Program-made: the position numbers and the translations under genes
Assembly (NCBI GenBank): GCA_963666205.1
Contig: OY762654.1
Span: 992,001-1,056,000, forward strand
Source: Synergistales bacterium
GTDB lineage: Bacteria > Synergistota > Synergistia > Synergistales > JAFGMB01
Direction: 5' to 3'
DNA length: 64,000 bases
The notes under the pieces: generated by a model
Databases searched by the model: none
The model's input: only the letters and a program-made list of their open reading frames with translations
Told to the model about the DNA's origin: nothing
Part shown: one piece after another, positions 40,539 through 51,323 of the stretch
Position numbering within the stretch: position 1 is the stretch's first letter
Layout of the letters: each line of letters starts with the position of its first letter

Positions 40539-41843
40539 TCATTCAACCATGTTCTTCCTGCGGTAGACCGGCAGTGCCGCCTCCCACATTCCCGGATGCT
40601 GTTTCCACAAAATAATACCCATAGCGACACATACCACACCGCCGCCCGCCAGGGTAAGGGGAGCACCGAACATGGAGGCCAGCCAGCCTGCGTTAAGGCT
40701 TCCAATGGGAGCGATCCCGAGTATGGAAACTATATATAGGCTCATCACCCTGCTCCTCTTGTTATCATCCACAAGGGTCTGGATGAAAGTATTGCATGAA
40801 ACCATGGAGGATACCATGAAAAGTCCAACAAAGACCATGAGGAACATGGACAGTGCCAGGGACCTGGAAAGGGAAAAGAGGGATACGGAAATGCCGAAAA
40901 AGGACATGGAAAAGGCCATGATCTTTCCAAGCCCCACAGGAGATCTTCTCAGGGCCAGACCGATAGACCCGGCAAGGGCTCCTATGCCGCTTGCGGCCAT
41001 CAGAAAACCCAGGGTCTGGGGACCGCCACTGAGTATTTCTCTGGCAAAAACGGGTAAAAGGACGAGATAGGGGATACCGGCAAAACTTATAACCACCAGG
41101 GCTACAATGGTATTTCGAATGGGAGAAAATCCCTTTACATAGACCAGTCCTTCCCTGAGCCCCTCAATGACCCTGCGGGGGGGACCGTCGCGATCTCCCC
41201 TGCATTCTCTAAGTTTCATTATCATAAGAGCGGCAAGGGTGGCAAAATAGCTCAACCCGTTGATAACAAAACATACACCCTCTCCAAATGCCGCGATGGT
41301 AAGCCCTCCCAGTGAGGGACCAAGGAGTCTGGCCACATTGAAAAGGGAAGAATTCAGGGCTATGGCATTACCAAGATCGTCGCTCTTATCAACAAGATGG
41401 ACCACAAAGGCCTGCCGTGCCGGTATTTCAAAGGCATTTACCACACCCAGCAGGGAACTGAGAATAATGATATGCCAGTATTCCACCCGTCCTGACAGGG
41501 TAAGAAAAGCCAGGATAAAAGCATGGACCATACTCAGTCCCTGGCATAAAAATATCACCTTTTTAAGGTCCATCTTCTCAAGGACGACCCCTGCGAACAT
41601 TCCCAGGAAAAAGACCGGGATCTGGCCCACAAAATCCACCGCACCCAGCATGAATGCAGAATCGGTCAATCTGTAGACTAGCCAGCTCATGGCAACTCTC
41701 TGCATCCACAGGCCGCTCAGGGAGACTACCTCTCCCATAAAGAATATCCTGTAGTTTCTATGTTTCATTGCCCGAAGGAGATGATGGGCTCGAACTTTTT
41801 TAAGATTTAAAACATCTGGAGCAAATCGTCCTGACCATGACAT
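40539..41843 (-). CDS. MFS transporter (MFS_3/DHA3-like)
   Basis: RNYRIFF, WMQRVAMSWLVYRLT, PARQAF, NAIALNS..FN.ARLLGP. Confidence 0.9.
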   Translation of the reverse strand: MSWSGRFAPDVLNLKKVRAHHLLRAMKHRNYRIFFMGEVVSLSGLWMQRVAMSWLVYRLTDSAFMLGAVDFVGQIPVFFLGMFAGVVLEKMDLKKVIFLCQGLSMVHAFILAFLTLSGRVEYWHIIILSSLLGVVNAFEIPARQAFVVHLVDKSDDLGNAIALNSSLFNVARLLGPSLGGLTIAAFGEGVCFVINGLSYFATLAALMIMKLRECRGDRDGPPRRVIEGLREGLVYVKGFSPIRNTIVALVVISFAGIPYLVLLPVFAREILSGGPQTLGFLMAASGIGALAGSIGLALRRSPVGLGKIMAFSMSFFGISVSLFSLSRSLALSMFLMVFVGLFMVSSMVSCNTFIQTLVDDNKRSRVMSLYIVSILGIAPIGSLNAGWLASMFGAPLTLAGGGVVCVAMGIILWKQHPGMWEAALPVYRRKNMVE

Positions 41844-41979
41844 CCGGTATACCTATTCCTCTCCCTGTAAAGCTGAAGAGGGTTCCGAAACTGTCCGGAA
41901 CCCTCTTCTGAATTCATTCCTCTGAAGAAAATAAAGACTGGACCGGGCAGATATTCCCCTCAGGATCAGCTGCAGATCT

Positions 41980-42816
41980 TCAGTGCTCCTTTGTACCCGG
42001 AACCTTGGGGTAGGGCATGGGAATATACTGTACGGAAGGTCTGCCCTTCCCCGACTGGGGATAAAGGCTCATTATGTTGCATATGTGTCCATCCAGTTCC
42101 GTATTGACGGGAAGGCCTATCTCCTTTGCCTCTTCGGGGGTGATGGGATAATCATGGGTCCAGCGGCCCTCGGTGAGCTTGGTGGCAATTTCCCTGGACT
42201 TATCCTCATCCATATTATCTATCAGGAGGTCAAAGACGAATTTGTTTGTCTGAACAATAGCCTTTCTTCCCACATCAGCAAGGATAAGGGTCTCGTCATC
42301 AATTTCTGCGATAGGCTTTTCCTCGACCACCTTTAGAATGGAAACGGCAGGGAACTGGCCTATCTGGGGATCCACCGGTCCGAGAACGGCATGTTTGTCC
42401 ATGAGGATCTCGTCTGCAGCGAGGGCGATCAGGGTTCCCCCTGACATGGCATAATGGGGTACGACCACCGTCACCTTTGCAGGATGATCATTCAGGGCCT
42501 TGGCTATCTGTTCCGCTGCAAGGAGAAGTCCGCCTGGTGTATGGATTATCAGGTCTATGGGTGTATCATCGGAGGTCATACGTATAGCCCTTAGAACCTC
42601 TTCTGAATCTTCGATGTTTATGTAATTGCGGGAAAACATTCCCAGGAATCCAACGCTTTCCTGCCTGTGGATAAGGGTTATTATCCGGCTTCCCCTGGTC
42701 TTTTCACAGGCTCTCAGGGCGGTGACCCTTCTATACTTCAGGATCAACTGGGTTAACTGGGGATAGATAAAGAAAAATATAAATAACAGGGGCCATATAC
42801 TGAACTGCTGACTCAT
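41980..42816 (-). CDS. SDH-family ClpP-fold serine protease
   Basis: IHRQE, IHTPGG, HYAMSGGT, GPVDPQ, WTHDYPI. Confidence 0.9.
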   Translation of the reverse strand: MSQQFSIWPLLFIFFFIYPQLTQLILKYRRVTALRACEKTRGSRIITLIHRQESVGFLGMFSRNYINIEDSEEVLRAIRMTSDDTPIDLIIHTPGGLLLAAEQIAKALNDHPAKVTVVVPHYAMSGGTLIALAADEILMDKHAVLGPVDPQIGQFPAVSILKVVEEKPIAEIDDETLILADVGRKAIVQTNKFVFDLLIDNMDEDKSREIATKLTEGRWTHDYPITPEEAKEIGLPVNTELDGHICNIMSLYPQSGKGRPSVQYIPMPYPKVPGTKEH

Positions 42817-43007
42817 GGAAACACCTCTCTCTGCTTCTGGAATGGAATAAAAGATTCATAGCAATTATAACCGCTGGCGGATAAAACTCACAGGGTTCAA
42901 TTTTACTTTCGACTGCCATTGAAAAAAAGACCGGGAATATTAAGGTATAATATGGAGAAGACTGTATCACTTTAAACAGATTTTCAGATGATCTCGAAAG
43001 GCTTAAA

Positions 43008-46000
43008 ATGACTGAAACCAAAAAACATCTTCCTGGAAAAAAGAAACTGCCCCTTTCGAGGGTCTTTAAATATTTACTGCTCTTCCTCCTTATCATTTCC
43101 CTTGGCCTGGCATTTTTTATAAAGGACAGGGATATGGCCACCGGCATGATCACAAAGGCTATCATCAATGGTCTGGCTTCAGCCGGTTTTGATGGAAATA
43201 TCGAAAGAGTGACTGGAAACCCCTGGAAGGGATACCGTATAGAGGGACTGGACTTTGCTTCCGGGGATATCTTCAGTGCCTCCATCCGGACAATAGAGAT
43301 CGATCTGGATCTGCTGAAGATCTTCAACTGGGACCCCGTCGAAAAGATCGGTCTCTACGATTCAATGATAGATATCAGGGATCCCGCAAAACTGGCCCTT
43401 TTGAGATCGGAGCCATCCGGGAAAAAACTGCCCATCCCTCCCCTGCCCCTTGAGATCGAGAGTTTTGACGTCAGAATTCCAGGACATCAGGTCCTTGCTG
43501 ACAGGGGCAGTATATTATATTCCTCAAGGGCGATAGACATGGACATCTCCGGCAGAGTTGACACCCTGCCCTGGAAGATGGGAACAGTTCTTGAAATGGG
43601 AGACAGGATCCATCTCGCCAAAGGCATGTTCGACCTGGGGGCAGAAGGAAGGATCATCCTTTCGGGTGACATAAGTCCCTTAATGGATATAACCGGGACT
43701 GTGGAGAGTCTTGACCTCTACGCCCTCAGCAGCCTGGATAAAAGATTTATGGATGCAAGGGGGATCTTCAGTTCCACCCTCTACGGAAAGGGAACTCCGA
43801 GTGAACCCGAGGCTGGAGGGACATTTTCCCTGGCAGGAGGCGAAATAGGAGGAAGGTCAATGGGATCCATATCCGGCCGATGGTCCTTTGCTGAGAATAC
43901 CTTCAGAATTGATGAGATGGTCAATGAGATCCTGGGAAGCAGGATCGAAGGGGACCTTTCCATAAACACAGAGGGAGAACTGAAGCTAAAGGCACAGGGC
44001 AGGGACCTGGACCTGTCAAAAGCACAAGAACTGAAAATGGCCATCCCCGAAATGAATGGCAGGATAGACACCCTCCAGCTGAACCTGTCCGGGAAACTTC
44101 CCTGGCTGACTGGAAGAGTGGATCTTGTTTCAGGCGGTTTTTCAGTTTCGGCACAGAAATTCGATTCAATGAACCTCAATATCCTTCTGGAAGGAAAGAA
44201 GATCCTTCTGGATTCATCCCTCTCCTGGTCAGGAACCAGGGCACAGGCCGGTGGGACCCTGGACCTGTCGAAAGAACCAGCTCTGGAGTTCAGCCTCAAG
44301 GCCCCGGTCATTGACCTTGCAATTCTGCCAAAGATGGCACCGTCACTCTCTGCACTGGAACCTGAGGGGTCCATGGCCTTATCCCTGGAGGTCCGGGGCA
44401 GTATCAGGGATCCAGACATAAAGGGATCCCTTTCATCAAGGAAATTCAGTATAAGGAAGGAACCCATTGAAGATCTCAGCCTCTCCTTTTCGGTAGTTAA
44501 GGGAACTCTGAACATGGACAGGCTATATGCAAAAATGCTGGGAGGAGAATTAACGGGCAGGGGGGAAATACTGGACATATTCGCATCTCCCCTTCTGGAT
44601 CTCGGGGTCTACGGTAAAGACCTGGACCTTGAAAGGGCATCCCGTCTTGTTCCGTCCCCGCCTGAAGATCTGGGCGGAAGAGCCGATCTTGAGGCCCATA
44701 TCCGCGGCTCCCTTGAGAACCCCCTCATTGAAGGCACTTTACAGGGCAGACAGTTTAGAATGGGAGACCTCGTAAGAGTCGAAACAATAGATGCAAAGGT
44801 GTCGAAAAAAGGTCAGGAAGAACCTGTTCTCGAGATATCCACCCCCCTCGCCACAATAAGCGATGTGGTCCTGCAGGATGTAAATGCCAGCATTTCATGG
44901 AAGGCACCTGACCTGATAATACAGAATATCAGCACTTCCATTCTTGACGGGGAATTTTCAGCCGCTGGCAGGATCATTACAGCACCCTCTCCCCTTCTTG
45001 ATCTCCAGGCTTCCTTCGAGAACCTGGAACTGGAGGATCTTCCCTTTGCTGGCCTTCCTGAAACAGAGGGGACTACGAAGGGAACTCTCACCATAAAAGG
45101 GCCTCCCTCCGACCCGGAAATTTCTTTCCAGGCATTATCTCCCCTTGTCTCTTCCGGCTGTGCTGAGCTGAGGTCCATAGATCTCAGGGGAAACGCTTCC
45201 AGAAAAAAAATAGACATAACCAGTGTCAGTGCAAAGGTGGGAGAAGGCCTCCTGAAGGGAGGTATGTCCCTCATTCTCCTGGAGAAAGGGACAGATATCT
45301 ATTTCAATCTTGCAGGCAGCGGACTGGACCTTGCCTATCTGCTTCCCGGGGAGGATGGATCCTGCCCGGTGGATATTTCCGGCAATATAGACCTGCAGAT
45401 CCAGGGAGATTTTACGAAGGGTAAATTGAACGGTGAGGGAGATATCAGTTCCCAGGCTCTGGTTATTCAGAACTTTGCCCTGGAGAGCATGGATATTCCC
45501 CTGGACATCACCGCGAACAAAGCAGAGATAAAGGGAATGAAGATAAGTGCTTTCGGAGGAACCCTGTCCGGTGATCTCTCCCTGAACTTCGACGACCTCC
45601 AGTGGAACTCATCCTTTGAAGGGGCAGATCTGGATCTTGCCAGGGCAATGGACACCATTCCGGCCCTTTCAAAGAAACTCACGGGAAAAACCTTTTTTGA
45701 TGTTAAATTCAAGGGAAAGGGTTTCAATCCTTACAACCTTTTCGGATACGGTCTTCTTGAAATAAGGGAAGGGGACATAGGAGACATCCCGGCTATAAAG
45801 GCCGCCGCCGCTACAGCAGGGGAAGAGAGGATCAGGTTTCAGAGGCTGAGAAGCAACTTCCTTGCAGACGGTTTCGGTCTTACCATCCTTGGAGGAAGCC
45901 GGGTGGAAGCCCCCCGGAAATATCCTCTCTATAGGCAGATAGAAATGGATGGGAACATACAGTACGACGGAGATCTGGATCTGAAGGGAGCTGCAGAAGT

Positions 46001-46391
46001 GAATATCCAGGCTTTCAATGCCTTCATGGGAACCCTGCAGATAGCATTGAAAACAGTCCTCTCCCAGGGAGACCTGGTTCAGGACATCCTGGGAAGCCTC
46101 ACCGGAATAGGACGAAAGGACTTTCGGACCATAAACTTTGAAATAGGAGGGAACAGGACCTCTCCCGAGATAAAGAAGCTGGAAGTTGAGGGCGGTCAGG
46201 AATACCTGAGCAACCTCCTGGATATGGAAGACTCCGACAAGGACAGGCAAAAGGTCGACAACAGGCAGATCACCATAAAACTTAATTTCCCGGTCGGCCC
46301 CGGGGGCAGTAAAAAAGACGATGAAACGGGTGAGCAGCTGCAGGAACAGTTCCTTGAAGGAATACTTAAAAACCTCTTCCCCAAGGAATAA
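43008..46391 (+). CDS. AsmA/TamB-like periplasmic beta-taco protein
   Basis: 1127 aa; one N-terminal TM helix, then Gly/Leu-rich beta repeats (G..xxP...G). Confidence 0.8.
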   Translation: MTETKKHLPGKKKLPLSRVFKYLLLFLLIISLGLAFFIKDRDMATGMITKAIINGLASAGFDGNIERVTGNPWKGYRIEGLDFASGDIFSASIRTIEIDLDLLKIFNWDPVEKIGLYDSMIDIRDPAKLALLRSEPSGKKLPIPPLPLEIESFDVRIPGHQVLADRGSILYSSRAIDMDISGRVDTLPWKMGTVLEMGDRIHLAKGMFDLGAEGRIILSGDISPLMDITGTVESLDLYALSSLDKRFMDARGIFSSTLYGKGTPSEPEAGGTFSLAGGEIGGRSMGSISGRWSFAENTFRIDEMVNEILGSRIEGDLSINTEGELKLKAQGRDLDLSKAQELKMAIPEMNGRIDTLQLNLSGKLPWLTGRVDLVSGGFSVSAQKFDSMNLNILLEGKKILLDSSLSWSGTRAQAGGTLDLSKEPALEFSLKAPVIDLAILPKMAPSLSALEPEGSMALSLEVRGSIRDPDIKGSLSSRKFSIRKEPIEDLSLSFSVVKGTLNMDRLYAKMLGGELTGRGEILDIFASPLLDLGVYGKDLDLERASRLVPSPPEDLGGRADLEAHIRGSLENPLIEGTLQGRQFRMGDLVRVETIDAKVSKKGQEEPVLEISTPLATISDVVLQDVNASISWKAPDLIIQNISTSILDGEFSAAGRIITAPSPLLDLQASFENLELEDLPFAGLPETEGTTKGTLTIKGPPSDPEISFQALSPLVSSGCAELRSIDLRGNASRKKIDITSVSAKVGEGLLKGGMSLILLEKGTDIYFNLAGSGLDLAYLLPGEDGSCPVDISGNIDLQIQGDFTKGKLNGEGDISSQALVIQNFALESMDIPLDITANKAEIKGMKISAFGGTLSGDLSLNFDDLQWNSSFEGADLDLARAMDTIPALSKKLTGKTFFDVKFKGKGFNPYNLFGYGLLEIREGDIGDIPAIKAAAATAGEERIRFQRLRSNFLADGFGLTILGGSRVEAPRKYPLYRQIEMDGNIQYDGDLDLKGAAEVNIQAFNAFMGTLQIALKTVLSQGDLVQDILGSLTGIGRKDFRTINFEIGGNRTSPEIKKLEVEGGQEYLSNLLDMEDSDKDRQKVDNRQITIKLNFPVGPGGSKKDDETGEQLQEQFLEGILKNLFPKE

Positions 46392-46480
46392 TTTCCACAC
46401 CTCTTTATACAATAAATGAGAAAGGGCCGCTTCGTAACTGAAGCGGCCCCGGATATATACAGACACAGAAGCTTGAACAG

Positions 46481-47758
46481 TTATTTTTTGTTCCTTTCGT
46501 GACGGTCGAGATGGGATGGTTCGAGGGAAAGTTCCTGGCCATTGAAGAGTTTGATCAGTCCCTCGTTGGACAGACTCTTCTGGCGCGCAACATATTCTTC
46601 GTGGTGATAAAGTTCTTCAGGCCTGCTCAGGTTATCCTCAGGCTCCTTGTAGGTGGTAATGACACCCTCGTAATTCCTTAGAAGGACCGTCCTGTCTGAT
46701 CTGGACACGATGTAGTTGGGCATTACAGGGATCTTGCCCCCGCCGCCTGGAGCATCCACTATGAAATAAGGTACAGCAAGGCCTGATGTGTGGCCCCTGA
46801 GGAACTCGATTATCTCGATGCCCTTGCCGATGGAGGTCCGGAAGTGCTCGATTCCCTCGGAAAGGTCACACTGGTAAATGTAGTAGGGTCTTACCCTTAT
46901 TTTCAGCAGCTGCTGATTCAGTTCCCTGAAGATGAGGGGACAGTCGTTGACGCCCTTAAGAAGAACCGACTGGTTTCCGAGGGGCACTCCCGCATCTGCC
47001 AGCATATTGCATGCCCTTGTGGATTCCGGAGTTATTTCCTTGGGATGGTTGAAATGGACATTGATCCATATGGGATGATATTTTTTAAGCATATTGCACA
47101 GCTTCTCCGTCACTCTCTGGGGACATACCACTGGAGTTCTTGTCCCGATGCGTACAAAATCAACATGGGGAATGGCTGAAAGTTCTGCGATGGTCCATTC
47201 AAGAAGGTCTTCATCGATGGTGAATGGATCTCCTCCTGAGAGGAGTACATCCCGGAAGGTGGGTGTATTTTTCACATATTCAATGCATTTAGCGATCTGT
47301 TCCTGAGAATATGCCCTGTCAGTTTCTCCCGCATGTCTTCTTCTCGTACAGTGCCTGCAGTACATGGAACACTGGTCAGTAACAAGGAGAAGCCCCCTGT
47401 CGGGATAACGGTGGGTCAGTCCTGGCACGGGAGAATCCACATCCTCATGTAGGGGATCGCAAATGTCCGAATCTGCTATATGAGTTTCTGAAACCGTCGG
47501 GACAGCCTGCATGCGCACAGGACAGGCGGGATCATCCGGATCCATGAGGGAAGCATAATATGGAGTTATGGCCATACGGAGCCTGTTCAGGCTTTTATCG
47601 ATGACCCCTGCCTCTTCATCTGAAATATTGATTACCTGCCTGAGTTTCTCCACAGAGGTTATCCTGTTGGCTATCTGCCATTTCCAGCTGTTCCAGTCTT
47701 CATCTGAAACATCCTTCCATATGGGTACTGACCGCCTGTCTCGATATTTCTGCATCAT
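46481..47758 (-). CDS. kamA: Lysine 2,3-aminomutase
   Basis: LTHRYPDR, CSMYCRHCTRRR, LLSGGDP, GNQSVLL, DAPGGGGKIP. Confidence 0.93.
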   Translation of the reverse strand: MMQKYRDRRSVPIWKDVSDEDWNSWKWQIANRITSVEKLRQVINISDEEAGVIDKSLNRLRMAITPYYASLMDPDDPACPVRMQAVPTVSETHIADSDICDPLHEDVDSPVPGLTHRYPDRGLLLVTDQCSMYCRHCTRRRHAGETDRAYSQEQIAKCIEYVKNTPTFRDVLLSGGDPFTIDEDLLEWTIAELSAIPHVDFVRIGTRTPVVCPQRVTEKLCNMLKKYHPIWINVHFNHPKEITPESTRACNMLADAGVPLGNQSVLLKGVNDCPLIFRELNQQLLKIRVRPYYIYQCDLSEGIEHFRTSIGKGIEIIEFLRGHTSGLAVPYFIVDAPGGGGKIPVMPNYIVSRSDRTVLLRNYEGVITTYKEPEDNLSRPEELYHHEEYVARQKSLSNEGLIKLFNGQELSLEPSHLDRHERNKK

Positions 47759-47990
47759 ACTTTCCTCCCCTGTATTCTATGAAATATAATTTTATGCGGT
47801 TTGCAAAACTTGTTCAGAATAATCTTAACACAAAGAATTGTACCTATTTCCACGGATTCCAATGACACATTCATACAAACTCACCAGTGCTGATCGTTCA
47901 AGTCCAGATCATCCTCGATCTGATATGATCATATCAACACGGAGGGGACCATTAATATAACAAAATACTAAAAATAAAGGGGGAACCCCT

Positions 47991-49571
47991 ATGTATTATA
48001 AAGACCTTCTTATCTCCGGCGGAACCATTCTTACAGGAGACCCCGAAACTCCACTGGCAGGATCAATTCTCATCTCAGGAAACAGGATAGCCTCCATAGG
48101 CAGTTCCCATGAAGTGAACTGTCATCCGGGAGCAGAACAGGCCCTGAAGATCGATCTGGGCGGGAACACCCTTATTCCGGGGCTCACGGATTCCCATCTC
48201 CACCTGGCTTCAGTGGCAAAACAGATGGAGGCCCTTTCGTTGAAAGAAGCATCATCCCTGGAGGAGATGCTGGAGATCATAAGAGAGAAAGCATCCCGTA
48301 TCAACCCAGGGGATTGGATATACGGAGTGAGATTCGATGACTCTTCATGGCCCGAGAAAAGGCTTCCCAGCAGACAGGATCTCGACGGACTGAACCTGGA
48401 TAACCCAGTGATACTGGTAAGGGTCTGTGCCCATATTCATGTGGCCAACTCTATTGCTCTTAAAAAGGTCAGCCTTCCTGCTAATATAGATGTCCTTTAT
48501 GAAGACCAGGCATCAAAGATAACGGAAATGATTCAGCTTCAGATGTACGATCGCGACAGGATGAAAGATGCCATCCACCGCACATGCCTGAAACTGGCAT
48601 CACAGGGTCTGACCTGTGTCCACACATGCGGATGCAGTTCCTACGGGCTCGAGGAAGATATGGATATATACCGGGAACTGAAAAAAGAGGGAAAACTTCC
48701 CCTTAGAGTGGTCTATTACAATGATGAACTCCCCGAACCCGGCCTGGAGAGCGGGGATGGAGACGACTGGATCCGCTACGGAGGTTACAAGATGTTCCTT
48801 GACGGCTCCCTGGGAGGACGAACTGCAGCCCTCACCCTGCCCTATGAGGATCATCCCGGCAACATGGGTGTCCTCAACCATACTGCCGCAGAGGTCAGGG
48901 AACGTATGCTGGAAATGCACTCGAGAAATATTCAGGTCCAGGTCCATGCCATTGGCGATGCTGCCATTGACCAGTTCATAGAAGCCCTGGAATATGCCTA
49001 TGCCCATGGACCCCGGAGCAGTTCCAGCCTTCGTCACAGGATCGTCCATGCGCAGGTATGCCGCCCCGAACAGGTGGTGTCTCTCCGAAAACTGGAGGCC
49101 ATTTGCGACATCCAGCCAGGTTTTGTACCCAGCGACATAGACATAGCCCGCCAGAGACTCGGGAAGGAAAGGGAACCCTGGGCCTACGCCTGGAAGGACT
49201 TTCTGAAAGCAGGCCTTCTACTCACCGGATCCAGCGATGCCCCCGTAGAATCCACGGACCCCTTCCGGGGGATCTGGGCAGCCATGAACAGGACAGACGA
49301 TAATGGATCTCCCGAGGGCGGATGGAGGCCGGAACAGAAACTCACTCTGGAGGAAACGCTGCCCCTCTTCACCTCCAACCCATGGAAGGCCATTGGCCTT
49401 TCCTCCCCCTTCGGTATGCTGAAGAAGGGTTATGCTGCCGACCTTGTCATTCTCGACAGGGATATAACAATTGCACCGCCCCATACATTAAGGAATGTAA
49501 AGCCTCTCCTCACCATGGTGGGCGGCACTGTAAGCTACGGGAAACTGGAGGGATGGCCCTCCATCCTATAA
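47991..49571 (+). CDS. Amidohydrolase 3 (YtcJ-like)
   Basis: PGLTDSHLH, KMFLDGSLGGRTA, HAIGD, RIVHAQ, GSSDAP. Confidence 0.9.
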   Translation: MYYKDLLISGGTILTGDPETPLAGSILISGNRIASIGSSHEVNCHPGAEQALKIDLGGNTLIPGLTDSHLHLASVAKQMEALSLKEASSLEEMLEIIREKASRINPGDWIYGVRFDDSSWPEKRLPSRQDLDGLNLDNPVILVRVCAHIHVANSIALKKVSLPANIDVLYEDQASKITEMIQLQMYDRDRMKDAIHRTCLKLASQGLTCVHTCGCSSYGLEEDMDIYRELKKEGKLPLRVVYYNDELPEPGLESGDGDDWIRYGGYKMFLDGSLGGRTAALTLPYEDHPGNMGVLNHTAAEVRERMLEMHSRNIQVQVHAIGDAAIDQFIEALEYAYAHGPRSSSSLRHRIVHAQVCRPEQVVSLRKLEAICDIQPGFVPSDIDIARQRLGKEREPWAYAWKDFLKAGLLLTGSSDAPVESTDPFRGIWAAMNRTDDNGSPEGGWRPEQKLTLEETLPLFTSNPWKAIGLSSPFGMLKKGYAADLVILDRDITIAPPHTLRNVKPLLTMVGGTVSYGKLEGWPSIL

Positions 49572-50588
49572 AGACAGGTCCCCCGCCTTGATCAGTCCCT
49601 TTTTCCTCATATACTCGGAAAAGAACAGGGTGAGAAGGGCGGGGAGAACAAAATGAAGAAGGATAATGCCCGTCCACGCCTTTGAACCCATAACGGCAAG
49701 GGTGCCGAACTGCCCAACCAGACCACTGGTGCCCATTCCCGCTCCTATCTTGTTATTCTCCATCCTGAAAAGCAGGGTGGCAAAGGGGCCCAGTATGGCC
49801 GAACTCAAGGTCGGCGGTACCCATATCCAGGGATTTTTCACGATATTGGGGATCTGGATCATTGAAGTGCCAAGGCCCTGGGATATAAGACCTCCCGGCC
49901 CATTTTCACGATAGCTCTGAACGGCAAAACCGATCATCTGGCATGAACAGCCCACCGTGGCCGCACCGGCGGCCAGACCGCTCAGTCCAAGGGAAATGGC
50001 CAGGGCCGCACTGCTTATGGGAAGGGTGAGGATCATCCCCATCATCACCGAAACGAGGATACCCATGGGCAGTGGGTGGAGCCTGGTGGCCATGTTTATC
50101 ACGTTTCCCAGGAAATACATGAGATCCGCTATCCACGGCCCGGCATATATACCGGCCAATCCCCCTGCGAGAATCGTTCCCGCTGGCACCAGGACTATAT
50201 CCACCTTGGTCCTCCCCCGTATAAGCTTTGATATCTCTGCTCCTGTAAGTGAAGCTATAAGGGCCCCCATGGGCTCGCCTATATGGAGAGTGGGTGCACC
50301 TCCACCAAGACCTATGGTACCCGCTCCAATGGCTCCCGTGATTATGGAAGCGAATATTCCCAGGGGTGAAGCGCCCACGCTGTAGGCAACACCGGCACCT
50401 ATGGCAGGACCCATCATGTACTGGGCAACCTGGCCAAAGGAAGCGGCCATCTCGAAACCGGTGTAATTTGCTATCTGTTTTATTATCAGGCCGATGATAA
50501 GTGAAGAAAAAAGGCCAAGGGCCATTCCATTCAGAACCTTTACTACGTAATCCTGTATATCAAGGGGTTTAACTGTTTTGCCGGACAT
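49566..50588 (-). CDS. PTS-EIIC-like (PfoR-type) membrane protein, candidate NiaR-regulated niacin transporter (NiaY-like)
   Basis: LNGMALGLF, LPISSAA, GLGTSMIQ.PN, GMGTSGLVG; follows niaR and has a NiaR-box-like site upstream. Confidence 0.75.
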   Translation of the reverse strand: MSGKTVKPLDIQDYVVKVLNGMALGLFSSLIIGLIIKQIANYTGFEMAASFGQVAQYMMGPAIGAGVAYSVGASPLGIFASIITGAIGAGTIGLGGGAPTLHIGEPMGALIASLTGAEISKLIRGRTKVDIVLVPAGTILAGGLAGIYAGPWIADLMYFLGNVINMATRLHPLPMGILVSVMMGMILTLPISSAALAISLGLSGLAAGAATVGCSCQMIGFAVQSYRENGPGGLISQGLGTSMIQIPNIVKNPWIWVPPTLSSAILGPFATLLFRMENNKIGAGMGTSGLVGQFGTLAVMGSKAWTGIILLHFVLPALLTLFFSEYMRKKGLIKAGDLSL

Positions 50589-50617
50589 GAGGACCTCCTC
50601 GGGAATATAAATGACTT

Positions 50618-50640
50618 TACAGCTGTCTTGTCACCAGCAG
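50618..50640. promoter_or_regulatory. Candidate NiaR operator
   Basis: TACAGCTGTCTTGTCACCAGCAG; its core is one mismatch from the TGTCTTGACA palindrome of Firmicute NiaR boxes. Confidence 0.55.
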
Positions 50641-50667
50641 CTAAAAAAATATACCAGTCCGCAGGGT

Positions 50668-51189
50668 TTATATCAAGTAGTTTCTTTTTTTCAGTTCCCG
50701 AAGAATACGTTCATAGGTTTCCTCATCGGGAACTTCAATGGTGTGAAGATGCAGACCCTCCGTGAGGGATGAAAGAGGTTCTGCCCTGTCTTCCCTGACC
50801 TTCTTCATGAACTGTTCCACATCATACCTTGTGGCCACCATGAGGTTTCCCCTTATCTCCCCGTATACTGGATGCTCCACTATCACATCGAGGATCTTTC
50901 CTCCATTGTCCACGATGGTGACAAGTTCCCCTTCAATGGAATCCACCCCTTCATGTTTCGTTACAATGGTCTTTCTGAGAGAAACGCTCTCCCTGGAAGG
51001 GGTAACGAAGTAGCCCGTGGGAGTGGCTATGATAGCCTCGCCGGAAGCCCTGAGGACAGCGATATCCTGGACGATCACCTGTCTGCTCACATTGAAGATC
51101 TCTGCAAGCTCTATACCCTTAATGCACCCGCCCCTGGTTTTCAGCAGCTCCATTATGGAAACTCTACGCTCATCCGAAGTCACGGTCAT
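50668..51189 (-). CDS. niaR: NiaR (NadR/YrxA) transcriptional repressor, HTH + 3H domain
   Basis: VSRQVIVQDIAVLRA, VEHPVYG, LTEGLHLHT. Confidence 0.9.
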   Translation of the reverse strand: MTVTSDERRVSIMELLKTRGGCIKGIELAEIFNVSRQVIVQDIAVLRASGEAIIATPTGYFVTPSRESVSLRKTIVTKHEGVDSIEGELVTIVDNGGKILDVIVEHPVYGEIRGNLMVATRYDVEQFMKKVREDRAEPLSSLTEGLHLHTIEVPDEETYERILRELKKRNYLI

Positions 51190-51323
51190 ACCCCCCTATC
51201 CATCGGGATACCTGTATTTATCCATTGCCGCAATACCCTTTAAAGTCCGGATTTAGAATAACATAAAAGCTGGAGTGCCGGTATGACCTGGTATAGAATA
51301 AGTCCAGAGAGGAGGGATATCCC

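Noticed and set aside
39876-40615. Short ORFs inside repeat blocks (also 52355-52663, 54508-54918, 59747-60031, 60773-61563, 62597-63542)
   Set aside because: They translate the repeats (LCALCG, SALSAPSAV, YRRGRRERR, SKIQN) in several frames and lack RBSs; treated as spurious.
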